The notes under the pieces: model-generated
What the model was told of the DNA's origin: nothing
Seen by the model: only the letters and a program-made list of their open reading frames with translations
Databases searched by the model: none
Shown here: positions 1 to 11,053 of the stretch, one piece after another
Layout of the letters: each line of letters opens with the position of its first letter
Position numbering within the stretch: the stretch's first letter is position 1
Translations under genes and position numbers: made by a program
NCBI GenBank assembly: GCA_036172245.1
Contig: JAYWIR010000075.1
Location: forward strand, 372,001-397,574
Length of the DNA: 25,574 nt
Reading direction: 5' to 3'
Source of the DNA: Raillietiella orientalis
Taxonomy: Eukaryota

Positions 1-566
1 TCTCCAGATACAGACAAGATGCGCGGTTCACGTGAACCCTCGAAGCTGAAAAGCGATGGATACTCGGGTCAGAAAATTCCCATCTAAATGCAAAGGCACA
101 TATGAAGAGCCAAACATCCCTTCCGAAATGTTAATTCACACAACTGATTTCATTTGAAACGAAAGCCCATGCTTGAATTTCAGGAGATCACGAATGGAAC
201 AAGAAAAATGTAGGCGGCGCTTTCTGTATGTCAATAAGGGAACAGTGAGCAGAGTTCAGACTTTAGCAACCGCCCCGGCGTGACCGGGTGGCAACAGCCG
301 CGAAACCCCAAGGAGCGAAAGCGTTCCAACATTGCGGATAAGCTTTCAGACCTAATGCAGAACTAAAAATGGAACTGATCCCTCCAGCGAAGGTACTTCT
401 TAAGATGTGCAACTACCGAAAGAGAGTCTAGAAAGCCAGGTCTTCATTAAGCTGACCATAAGCACCAGCTAGAGCTGAAAGCTGTTATCAAGTGATTCTG
501 GATAAAGAGTAAAGAATAACATGTTTTCATATTCCTGTGAAGCTGGAAAGGGAAACTTGAATTTAC

Positions 567-767
567 CTGCACCAACTTTTGCATCACCCTATCATTCGTA
601 CTCTTCTTCGGACCGAATTTCTGGATGTTGAAACTTGCAACTGTCAGCATTCTTGAATCAGCATGTCCTACTGTTCTGGAGTAAACTTTAGAGTGGGGTT
701 TCCAGAACGGTCCAAGGGATTGCATTGGCAGTACAAAATAGAAGCATGAAACGTAGAACCTATTCAT
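567..767 (-). CDS. Deoxyribonuclease I-family N-terminal exon (downstream exons not found; possibly a fragment)
   Basis: Translation ...MLTVASFNIQKFGPKKSTNDRVMQKLVQ matches the DNase I N-terminal pattern (L-x-I-A-A-F-N-I-Q-x-F-G-x-x-K...I-V-Q). It ends at a canonical donor CAG|GTAAAT (exon end 567). A hydrophobic, signal-like start (MNRFYVSCFYFVL) lies upstream in frame. The 5' boundary is uncertain. Confidence 0.6.
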
Positions 768-3700
768 ATTTGCAGAAAAAAACTTCCAAGATTGGCACCA
801 AGGATCTTGCCCAAAGTTTTCCTTATATCCTCCATTTTATTTAGGAAGCGAACATCTGGAATACATCTTCACACCTGTGGATGCCAGTTGGGTTTTCCCC
901 GTATTTCCGAATTTAAATAAGAATAGACATCTGGATGCAACGTTGCTCCCATAGATATCAGTTGGGAAGTTCTCTGCGGCAATGATAGATTCTTTTCTAA
1001 GAGGAAGGTGCAATTTCTACACGAAAACCGAAGCTCCCACCATAGATCTTGAGCATTCACGCAAGAAAGCTTATTTCCTGTTTCTTTGTTCTTTCCACAA
1101 AAATTCCGGTGACACCGTGTCCAACACAGAAAGGAACAGTTCATTAAGCAATGTTCATAAATGTTTTAGATGTTAGGAATGACTCCCTATTGGTTCCGGA
1201 TGCTCCTCTTGCATTCTCTGCATCATTTACATTCTTTATTTGCACTCCTAGAATGCAGATAATAAATAGTACGAAGGAATTAGGAGCATACCAGAGCTGG
1301 TATGTAGACACCTGTTTCAATATATGCTATTCTCATTATATATATATATATATGTAAATTAACATATGTGCACCTGAACTTGAGGAGAAGGAGAGAGAGA
1401 GAGTGCAATTCCTAATGATCTTCGAATAAATAGTAATGCTTTTTTTAATCTTTCTCTTTCCCCGTGCTTCGTGTACTTCGTTGCCGCGTTTCCTAGCAGC
1501 ATAGAAAAGCTTTTCTAAAGGTGTGAGGATGTGTACAGGAAAAGTTCAAAAAAGCAGCCTCATTTTCTAGTCAGAATTTTTTCTTTCTATCAATTGTCTG
1601 TTCCCTTTTACGATTGCGGCTCTAGTTTGATTCTTTTTCGTACTTCCATTGTGGCAGTGGCGATGCTTGAACAAGGGTTTCAATGGCAACAGCCATCTCT
1701 GAGACGTAGACTCACCCATTCTCGCATTCGTGAGAAGTGCTGTGCAGGAATAAGTATTTCCATTTATTTTCTCTCTTTCAACCAGGTAACAGCGTAGTAA
1801 TCATTTCAGGCGCGGACCCATTCTAGTCGATGAGTTTCTTATTTCTTCCAACTAAACGAGTCATAGAGATCGACACCATCAATGTGCAATCCATCCATCT
1901 CGGAGTCAGTCGAGTTTCTAGGATTACTTCAAGCATTTAACGCTTCAGGCATGTCTTAACCATAGGTAAAAGGCAAACGTAAAATTTACCTTCGGATCAC
2001 AACTAATGATCTCTTCTTTATCTGCAATATGGTGAAATTATTCAAGTCCCTTATTTTACTAGTGACTCGAGGATCTGTTAATTTCTAAGTAAAAACGGAC
2101 TTTTGAATCGATCGTCTTTGTTTACAAAAAACTCTTTTCTTGAATTTCCCTTCTCAGAAACTCTCTTGGCAAGAATCAGCATATTCGAATTTCGAGTCCC
2201 TTTACTCTTCATATAGGAAAAGAGGTCTGCAAAAGCGTGTAAAGCATCCTCTTAAATGTCTCAAAGCCGAAGAACGGAGAAATATGTCTTCCTTGCTTTG
2301 GGACTGAATGACTTCTAATTGCACTGGAGAGCACCTGCAGATGAGAGATGTGCCGTAAAACTTCCCATACAAAAGCACAGGAGTTCCGGTGAAGGAAGTA
2401 AAGATGAAGGCTTATTCCTTTGAAGTCGATCATCGTTTCAGCAGTCAGAACTCACTAATTTGCCCCAGAAGCCCATCGTTGTGAGCCTGAGGTGGAACCC
2501 AGAGCACACCACAATTAAAGTATGCATCAATGAAAGATTAAGAAAGAGACAAAGAAAAATGCTGCTGAGCATGTCTGCAGAATGAAGCCATTATAATTAG
2601 ACGGAATTATTATTTGCTCTTTTCCGCGAAAATTTCAAGCAGCTATAAAATACTGCGGCAAGAGAAAAAGCATAAAGAGTGAATAAATTACTTTCAAAGA
2701 TGAGATCCATTATGAATTCTTCAATGCAATTTTTTTCTTCCTCCGGTACACAGATGGATTTCTCAAAGCATTTCACAAAGACCACGTACTATTTAAGGTA
2801 AGTCTTTGTTCCCTCTGCTACAAAATAAAGTCCGTGCCGAAATGGAATGGACAAGGAAAAACAATTAGATGTTGCTACCTAATGATAAGTTGCTGTTCAG
2901 CAAACAGAGGACGAACCAACAAATTATCTATTCCATTAATATGTATCTGCAAGTGTTTCTTGTTGGTTTGTTTTTCTTTTCCTGTTAACGAATTTTGCAG
3001 TATCTGAAACAAAGAATTCAGGGTGATCTTACCTGAGGTTCTTAAATAGTTTCTGCGACATTCCTTCATTCCCTGATGGACGGTAGTCGCCTATCCTCAT
3101 GACGCTTGTCCCAGGGTCTTGTGCTAAATTTCCAGCACATGTTATAATTACTTTGACCATTCCTTTTGTCTCTTTTTTTTGCAACAGCCGAAAATGGCGT
3201 CCTCCCGTATTCCTCGTTTCCTCAAGCATGTATGGTGTTGAAAATTCCCACGCGCTTCCAATGCATTGACCGAGTTCTCCATTCTAGTCAAAACAACTAA
3301 TATCTTCCTCTGGTCTCCGGACCAAACACGTTGTTGTCTGATTACGTTCCTCCGTTCACTTGAGTCGGTGACTGACTCTTCCTGACTACAGCAATATCTG
3401 CGATAAAGCAAAAAGCCTCTGCGGTTTATGTAGAACTGCGGTCCATTCCACCAACTCCACCCTCTTGTGAAACTCGATGAGAACTGATTAATCTGAAAGA
3501 ACTTTGGTCTTTTGAAAATATGCCGACGTGAAGGAAGGGAAAAAGCCAGGATTTCTTGAGATCTTGAAAACTGTGTAACACATCATGGAATTTATTAATG
3601 ATTTCCTTTCATCACGGTTACATTCGGTGCGATGTCTCTGACTTTGGTTAGAAATTTTAGAAAGCTAATAACTATCATGATGTCTTCACCATTTTGCCAA

Positions 3701-4072
3701 ATGCTGATTGCTTAAGAATTAGTTTCGAGATGCACATAATGTAATATCAAAATGATCGTTTGCGTCATCATCTTGGGTGTCAAACCAAAAAATTGATCAA
3801 GTGCTGACATGCTTGCAAATCCCCAAAACTGCTTTCATCCTTGGTTTTTTTTTAGCTTGATGTCACGTTGGTCTTTAGAGCACCTCCCATATGTGATGTC
3901 TATCTTCGTGAATTCAACGTGAGTGAAGTATGGAATGGAAATTTATGCAGATACGAGGGGATCTGTTTGGGTAGTCCGAGTTCATCAGCTTCGTGCCAGA
4001 GTTCCCGAAATTGTCTTTCCGTTTTTGTCCTGATGATTTCCAGTGAGATATATTCATGTAATTCATTGGCAG

Positions 4073-4358
4073 GAGCCATTCCAGCTACCTTGAAATTCAA
4101 GGTTAAGGACTGTGATCCTGTTACTGGCCAGCCAGATTCGGAAGAAGGTTATGAGGATGAATACATGGTAAAGATTACTGAATTACATTCAGGTAGCCAT
4201 CATAGGTCCATTTCAGCTTGAAGATGTGGAATTGACACTGGCTGACCACATGCAGCGGATACAAAAAACTGATTTCGCATTAGGATGGAATGAATTTGGA
4301 GAACAAAACCAAATGGAAGACACATATTGCTTGACATCGCAGGTTCGGATCTCTCAAC
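4073..4358 (+). pseudogene. COPG: Coatomer subunit gamma (gamma-COP) appendage-domain fragment, two exons
   Basis: Exons 4073-4167 and 4217-4342 (or running on to 4358) are joined by a 49-nt intron GTAAAG...TTTCAG. They splice to AIPATLKFKVKDCDPVTGQPDSEEGYEDEYM-LEDVELTLADHMQRIQKTDFALGWNEFGEQNQMEDTYCLTS, the gamma-COP signature (KF.VKDCDP.TG..D.EGYEDEY.LED.E...ADH). No upstream or terminal gamma-COP exons were recognised in the window. Gene identity is secure; pseudogene status is an inference. Confidence 0.85.
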
Positions 4359-5115
4359 GCTCTTCTTTTCACTTATGCCAGCAAGGTGCCCTCCCCTCGT
4401 CCAGCACAAGTGGCACGTGGTTGTGGATTCTTGGGACCCTGCACCGCATCCAGGGATCGCAGGCCAAGAGAGTAAGCGGCCCGTGCGGTGGCTGGTGTGG
4501 GGCGGCAATCCTCATTCTCGCAACGGAGAATTTTACCTGTTTCTTCTCAACTGCTGTAGTCGCGATGCGACAAGAAGCGAGACAAAGAAAGCGCCGTCCC
4601 AATCGCAAGTGCATCGGAAATGAACCGGAGACGGCGGGCCGGCTGCGCTTGCCATGGAGACGCCGAAGTGCACTGGGGTCGTCGTCGCATCTGTTTTGCC
4701 CACTTTTCTGTCTTTTGACTGCAGAGGGAGAGGGAGAGAGAGGCCATCACATGATTGCAATTCGAGCGCAAATCTCTTCGTCCCCTCGTTTGATAACCCA
4801 TTCGAATGCACCGCCCCATTGCAATACTGATTCGGACCGGTTTGATTTCGAGTCGTGAGGTAGCGATTGCAAGGCCCCTGGTGGCGGGTTTGCGAATCTC
4901 AAGTTGAGGGGCGGAGGTTTTTTCCTGCGTTTCCATTCGGTTTCGTGCAAAATGCGTGTTGCCTTCTTAAAGAAGGCCTTACCAAAGGCCTGGCTTTCGA
5001 AAAGTTTCCTGTTCGCTGATAAGAAGATGAAATTGTGGACGACTCTTTCCGAACATCAAGATGTTTGCGAGCAAACATCAAAGAAACACGAAAGTGATAC
5101 TTGATAAGAACAAAT
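4359..5115 (+). repeat. 757-bp GC-rich repeat, copy 1 (inverted relative to copy 2)
   Basis: Base-by-base comparison with the reverse complement of 14752-15508 shows no indels and 3 mismatches (5011, 5015, 5026). Confidence 0.98.
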
Positions 5116-5991
5116 GGAAACAAATGCTTCAGAAAAGTATTTCCAGAAAAGTTCATGTTACATCAGAAGACGACGAATGCCACAGTGCAACTGTGTGTTT
5201 TGATTGTCTTTTTTTGTTTCCTGCATTCCTGTCTTCCGTTCAGGTGACAGAAAGATGCTGCTCGCAGAAGCGACAAGACTTCACTTTGTAAGAAACCTAG
5301 TTTGCAACTTGGTTTGTGACGAAAACTCGAAAGCAGCTATTTGCTTGTGCAAACGATGTTGATGTCTCTGCTCTGCACTGACAGCTCAACAAGGTCTGTG
5401 GCACCCTAAGTAGTTTGGTGTGCGTATGAAATAAATAAGAGAAAGCGGTTGCTTTCGTTCTACCAGCGACGCTTTCTTGTTATTCACTTTCTGAAAATCC
5501 CTTCTTTCCATTGTGTTTGTCCATTTCATCTTTTGCGATCTCAAATCATCGATAATAAGATACACCTGAGGGGAACTAGCTCTGTGGTTTTTATATTGAC
5601 GGAAGCAATTAGTTTCCAATTCTGGGTCGGAGTGCGGTTGCTTAATTAGTTTGAACCTTTTTCGAGTTTGCATTTCCTTCGAAGCATTCCACATCGATAC
5701 TCAATCGATCCACTTCGAAGCATTCACGGCAAGGTCACTAAGGTCACTAACGGAACGCAGTGTACACAGACAGACGTTGTTTGGTCTCAACGGGATCCAT
5801 TGTCTATGTAACAAGCATGCTTTCATTTTGGATGTTTGGACCGGCGTTTACTCATAGGAAAAACAATGTAATACAAAGTACTGTCGTTACCTTGAACAGC
5901 ACCCGAGGTCCAAAGGAACGCCAATACTTCAGGGACAAAAGTTTTATGGTATGTCTCTAAAATGTCAAATCTAACAAAAGAGACCAAATAT

Positions 5992-6285
5992 TTAAAAGGA
6001 AAAGGAAAAGTCACTGCCCAGAGCAAGGACTAAAATTTTTTTAAGCATTTCATCCGTTGGGAGCACGCATTCTTCGGTTATCGCAAATGTCACGAGCACT
6101 GGAAGGGATTGACGATGGGCAGACTCGAAATTTTCTGTTTTCTGAGGATTCTTGAGCTTAACAAGCTCCAGAGTCGCAACATTGAAGAACTTCAGTGATG
6201 CTTGGTAGACAGAAGCATTTTCGTCTTCTAGGTCGGCTAGATCAGCACCAGCTGCTTCACAGGTATTTCGTGGGAGCAAGTTCAT
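5992..6285 (-). CDS. Possible short ORF or exon, unknown product
   Basis: 97-codon ATG-initiated ORF with protein-like composition in AT-rich surroundings. No family recognised. Confidence 0.2.
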   Translation of the reverse strand: MNLLPRNTCEAAGADLADLEDENASVYQASLKFFNVATLELVKLKNPQKTENFESAHRQSLPVLVTFAITEECVLPTDEMLKKILVLALGSDFSFSF

Positions 6286-8383
6286 TGCTTTCGGGATAAG
6301 ATGATCATCACTTTTCGGAATAAGTCATTACTTTACACTGTTGCATAAAATATACCGAGAGCCACTTTACAAAAGTTTAATCTACGGATCATTAAGAGCT
6401 TACTTGCATTCTAAACGAGGATTCCACAACGGCCGAAATTCTCTTATCAAGAAAAACAATTTCTGATCTGAGCCAATGATGAAAATCCTTCCTCTGTTTT
6501 TGTTGATATATTTCCTAGAATTCTAAAAGCCTCCGAAATTTGGAAACTGATAACGCTGTCACAGTATTGAACCTTGATGTGCTGACTGTTGCAGATGGTT
6601 TGAGAAATTCAGTATTTACATCGGAAGATCAAGAACAAATTCCCATTCTGTTTGAGAAGCTATGATGAGCCAGTGCATTATACTTATTGAAAAATAACTT
6701 TGGATTTCACTTAGCAGGATCACAAAGCTGCAAACGAAACTTTCAGCGCAAGATATAAACACAAACACGAAACTGTACTTCCATATACCTAAAGAATATG
6801 AGCAAAAAAACAACAGGAGAATAATTATGATTTTAAATACCTCCGAATACACTCTCTGGAAGCAAATAGATTGATTAAGCCTCCTAAAAGAAACTAATGA
6901 AAAAGTCAACATTTATTGAGCCCTTTATGATTCAGATATTTGCGATTCACATGAATGAATGGAGAGCAGTTCCCGAGATTCTAGTACCAAAATAGAAGTT
7001 CTCAGTTACGCGAATCAACTCAAATGATTACGAAGGTACCAGAACTCAGAAGGTCGATGACACACCCATACACGAATTGGATTCCACGAAAAGTATCAGA
7101 CAGTGTTCGAGTGCATTTATTTTCGACTATACATTTCACACCATCTCCCGCCAATTGTACACCCTTTCTTCAGAGTTCATCAAAAGGAGAGAGGGGAGAG
7201 GAGGGAAGAACTTTCAACTAGAAGTAGATGTTCAGCATTCTGTGAAAGCAGTTGCCGAACATAACTCTAGACTGAATAGCAACTTGTCCATAGGTTGACC
7301 AACACATGGAAGAAATGCATTGTTCCATATGGGATGAACATCTAAAACTAGATCACAATCAATGTTCCTGATTATCTTGCTGATAACACAGTAACATGGC
7401 TTTTCTTGAGATGTGATCGAAGGCTTGCTTTCCAGAAAGCATCAGAAAACGCCTTTCGAAGGGTCTCCGCATTCTGGTAGTCGTGAATGTGTGATATGGC
7501 TATGATACAGAGTATAATGTATAAACGAATCTGCGAACACTTTCAAAAAGCTTCTACAAACAATATCACTATGATTGGTCCCAATAATTGAATCAAAAAA
7601 TCCTTTACATCTCAGTAAAAGAGCTGAAACGGAATTCGATCTGCATATAAGAGATGAATAAGTGAACCAGTTTTTGGAGCATCAATTTTACGCTAGCCAC
7701 ACGTGTATAATTCTTTTTGTTTTTCAAAACAGTGGTCTGGAAGGCAGTGTTTTTCGGGCTGATGTTTTTTTTTTTTTTTTTCCGTAAGCTTTGAGCGAAC
7801 ATTGAAGTGACGTGTGGACATCAAATAAATATACGAACAACCGCATACAGGAAAAGTGACTCGGATGTAGCTGTGTCTTATAGAAGGCAGAATCTGATTG
7901 ATGTGAGGATTAAGAAAGCAATGGCAGTAGACAGACATTTACGTTGTGGAAATTTTATGCTGGGTCTGGTAGCATAAGAAACGTACTTACTACGCTGTCT
8001 CGGAGTATGAAAAAACTGGTTATCGTTAACATCACTGCATACCGATTTGCTTACGAACATTTCTCTACAAATACAAGCAGTTTTTTTTTGGTTCGGAGCC
8101 TCTGATCGATAAAGGAGTAACACTGTTTTTATGAACTTTAGTTGTCTAGCTTTACATTTCCAAGAACTCAATCCATTGAGGAAAATGAGATTCGAGATCA
8201 AGAGGGATTCCAACTGCCCTCCTCAATTTCGCTTTTGCCGTATAACATGATCTAGATCCCGGCAGCAGCTCCTTCCTGAAAATCTTTAAAGCGTGGTACG
8301 GAGCTTCTCAGAGAAGCAGTAACCATAGTGAACAAGCAGCTTCGCAGCTACAGGAACCTTAACGAGTTTTCTTGAGCTGCAGT

Positions 8384-9847
8384 TCACATATCTTTTTCGA
8401 ATCGTAAGGTCGCTATGCCGACCAATGTGACGAGAATTCCGAATCCCAAGAGACTGCATATGACCAGTGAAAACCAGGTCCTTGTTGGTTTGACAAATGC
8501 GTGTTGGGAAGCTATCAGCATCGCGTAAATGTCTTCAGTGTGAGCTTCCTAGTAATGATCCCTAAGGATGAGTTCCAGACGGAAGCATGGGGTTACCGTT
8601 TGCAGATAAACTTTTTTGTTTGAGGTTCCAAGATCAGCAGGGAGCACCATTTCCATGACCGCAACCGCGAACTGAGAGTGAAAGCATAACTTCTCCAGGT
8701 CTTCGTTTTCTCTGCGACCGTATAGGCGGATGATGTCGTCCCAGCGCGAATTGCATATGCCATCGGCAACTGCTTTGAATTCAGGAAAGCTTGTCCGATT
8801 CAGGTTCAGAGTGAAAAGAGTTCGAGCTACAATCCCATCTATCTGCGGGAAAAAACAAATAAACATGGACGCCAACACAAAAGCAGGAAAGTTACCTCAT
8901 AAGTGGCAATATCTGTAAAGAGATGAGCATCTGGAGACTCAAGACAAGTTTTTTCCTCATGGATTTGCGTGCACTTATTGTAATTCAATACGGACAGAAT
9001 AGAGGCAAGACATTTTGATGAGTTTCCTTCCCCAACGACAGTTAAGTGAGGATTGAGGAGCCTTTCCGAAGAGATGCATGTATTGTTCCGAAACTCTCCA
9101 GAGTGCACTATTGAAGTTTTTCCTCGGAAACCACATGGGTCTAGGGCAACATCATTGCTAGTCTGTGGAATAACAAAAACTACCGACTGGATAAAGAAAC
9201 AGCATACCCGAAAAAGATGCAACAAATGACGATAGCGTGTTACAAGAGTCCCGCCACAGGGAATACTGAGACAGTAGACATTTACGTGGGCCCCAAAAAT
9301 GTACTTTTCGACAACATGTTTTGAGCTATTCAAGTCTGTTAGGAATGCAAATCCGGTGTACCAATCATCTGTGCTAATTATGGCGGAACTTCCATTTTTC
9401 TTAGGGTTGAATTGGTAACTATGTGAGAAAGAGAGGGTTTTACTTTGTTGAATTTCCCGAGTTCAAAATGGGCAGCTATCCACTTTGCCAGAAGCATTTC
9501 AGCGTGGCCCAGAAAGATGATGCTGGGAGATCTTTGAGAGGTGATTGTTTCCGTTGCAGATCTCCAAACAAGACGGAGAATGTCATAGAAGCTGTCGGAT
9601 GAAACACTAACAAATGTTAATGATGTGAACCAGAAAATGAATCCGAATTCGTACCTCTGCAACTGGATCGACGAGCTGAGTGCAGCATACAGAGTCCCCT
9701 GACTCACGGACCTAGCTACGATGGGGTTGGGAATATTCTGCAAGCAGCGGCGTAGGATTTCTTCGTATAAAGAAACATCCTCAATCAGAGAACGATTCAA
9801 TCTTTCTATAAATGACAGACACCGAGAAATTCTAATGAGCATGTCTT
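8384..9847 (-). CDS. GDA1/CD39 (E-NTPDase/apyrase)-fold membrane protein with degenerate catalytic motifs; 5' exon(s) unresolved
   Basis: Phase-consistent exons ~9847-9655, 9606-9444, 9399-9208, 9162-8896, 8842-8597, 8548-8384 with 44-53 nt GT-AG introns give about 408 codons without internal stops. CD39-like landmarks occur in order: KWIAAHFELGKF (ACR3 region), FGAHVNVYCLSIPCGG, DPCGFRG, GEGNSSKCLASIL, ICNSRWDDI, LEKLCFHSQF, and a C-terminal TM helix WFSLVICSLLGFGILVTLVGIATL before TGA. Confidence 0.85.
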
Positions 9848-11053
9848 CTAATTTGTGTCAGCAGGACTTAAAAGTATTGTGCTGCTTGTAAGAACCGCAT
9901 ACAGCAGTCATACCGGAAGCAATGCTGAGAGCAAAGAACGCTTATGCCGGCCCTTACGTTTCCAAAGAGCACTCTTGCACTTTGTTCTCCAGTCCCGCGT
10001 TCTATCATTGCTGTTTTCTTTCTTTTGATGACAACCTCAGTTTTTTAAAGGACACTGCTCTAGGAAGACAAATCCAAGGTCAGTGGAAGTCCACCAAACT
10101 TTACTTCTACCGGCTGGGGATCCTTTCCCATTTAAACGCAAACTTCATTCTCGAGTCAAAAATTCCTCATTTTCTCATACTCTCATCTCTCACAATATTA
10201 ATCAATTTTTTTATACATTCTTTGTCCTTTTTTTCCTCCCGCTCTTTAATTCTCTTCACTTCTAGAGGAAATTCAACTCCATAGAGACGACCTACAACCA
10301 AACTCTGACACTTTCGAAAATCAAACCCCAATTGTACTTCTCGATTTTCAAATACGTTGCTTGTCCAAATTTCCATTATAACTGTTCAAATTTCTGTTAA
10401 CGCATCTTTTTCCTATGATGCCCCCACTTCATTCCAGACTTCTCTCACTTGCTTTTAATTTCCCAAGAACGTCATGACTTCTGTCCAGAGTTTTTGGCAA
10501 AAACTTTCATGCATCCAGAAGAATGTTTGGTGCCATAAAATGCTCCATTATAAGCAACAAAATTTTGTTATCCACTTTGTAACCGTAGATGCGCATCCAC
10601 ATTTCTTCTTGTGGAGAGCAGGAAGGAAAAAAAAAAAAAAATGCGGAATGTTTTCTGGATCCTGTTTACTGCGTAGCCTTCTGTCTGGGAAAACTGATTA
10701 CCGGCCGAACCGTATTCATCCAGCGCAGCCCATGTACTCTAAAGTGGACTTCGTACACGACACTTGCGTACACTTCAACCTTTGACGAAACGTTTTTTGT
10801 GAGATTTTCATCGAAAAACAAACGGGAAACAAACAAAAAAAAAAACGCCAAATAATCCAAACATAGTGATCTGGAGGATTCCAGAGTCTGTTGTTGTTAT
10901 TGCAGTAGCGCAACTGAATGGCTCGCCGTGATTATGTTAGTAGTACACTGGAACGCAAACGGGTCAAATAGACTGACCCATGTGCCTTCGAACACTTGAA
11001 GATGCGTGAGGCGTTTCGACACGTTTCGAACCTTCGTGTGGAATCGGCTCCCA

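Noticed and set aside
875..996. CUB-domain-like peptide (IIAAENFPTDIYGSNVASRCLFLF) on the minus strand upstream of the DNase I exon
   Set aside because: The resemblance is short, a second frame is equally open, and there is no continuation of a CUB domain or clear splice to the DNase exon.
1850..3411. Scattered minus-strand exon-like segments with splice signals
   Set aside because: I could not build a unique phase-consistent model or recognise any homology. A gene may exist here, but it is not supportable from the sequence alone.
4359..4365. The outer end of both repeat copies coincides with GCTCTTC (SapI/BspQI site)
   Set aside because: There is no other sign of cloning or vector sequence, so it is most likely coincidence. 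It would matter only if the assembly was edited at BspQI optical-map labels.
4327..4950. Many overlapping ORFs on both strands within the repeat (mirrored at 14839-15578)
   Set aside because: Expected in GC-rich sequence, and none resembles a transposase or known protein.
7030..7170. EGF-linker-like peptide GVQLAGDGVKCIVENKC on the minus strand
   Set aside because: It is preceded by an in-frame stop, has no good acceptor and lacks the full six-cysteine pattern.
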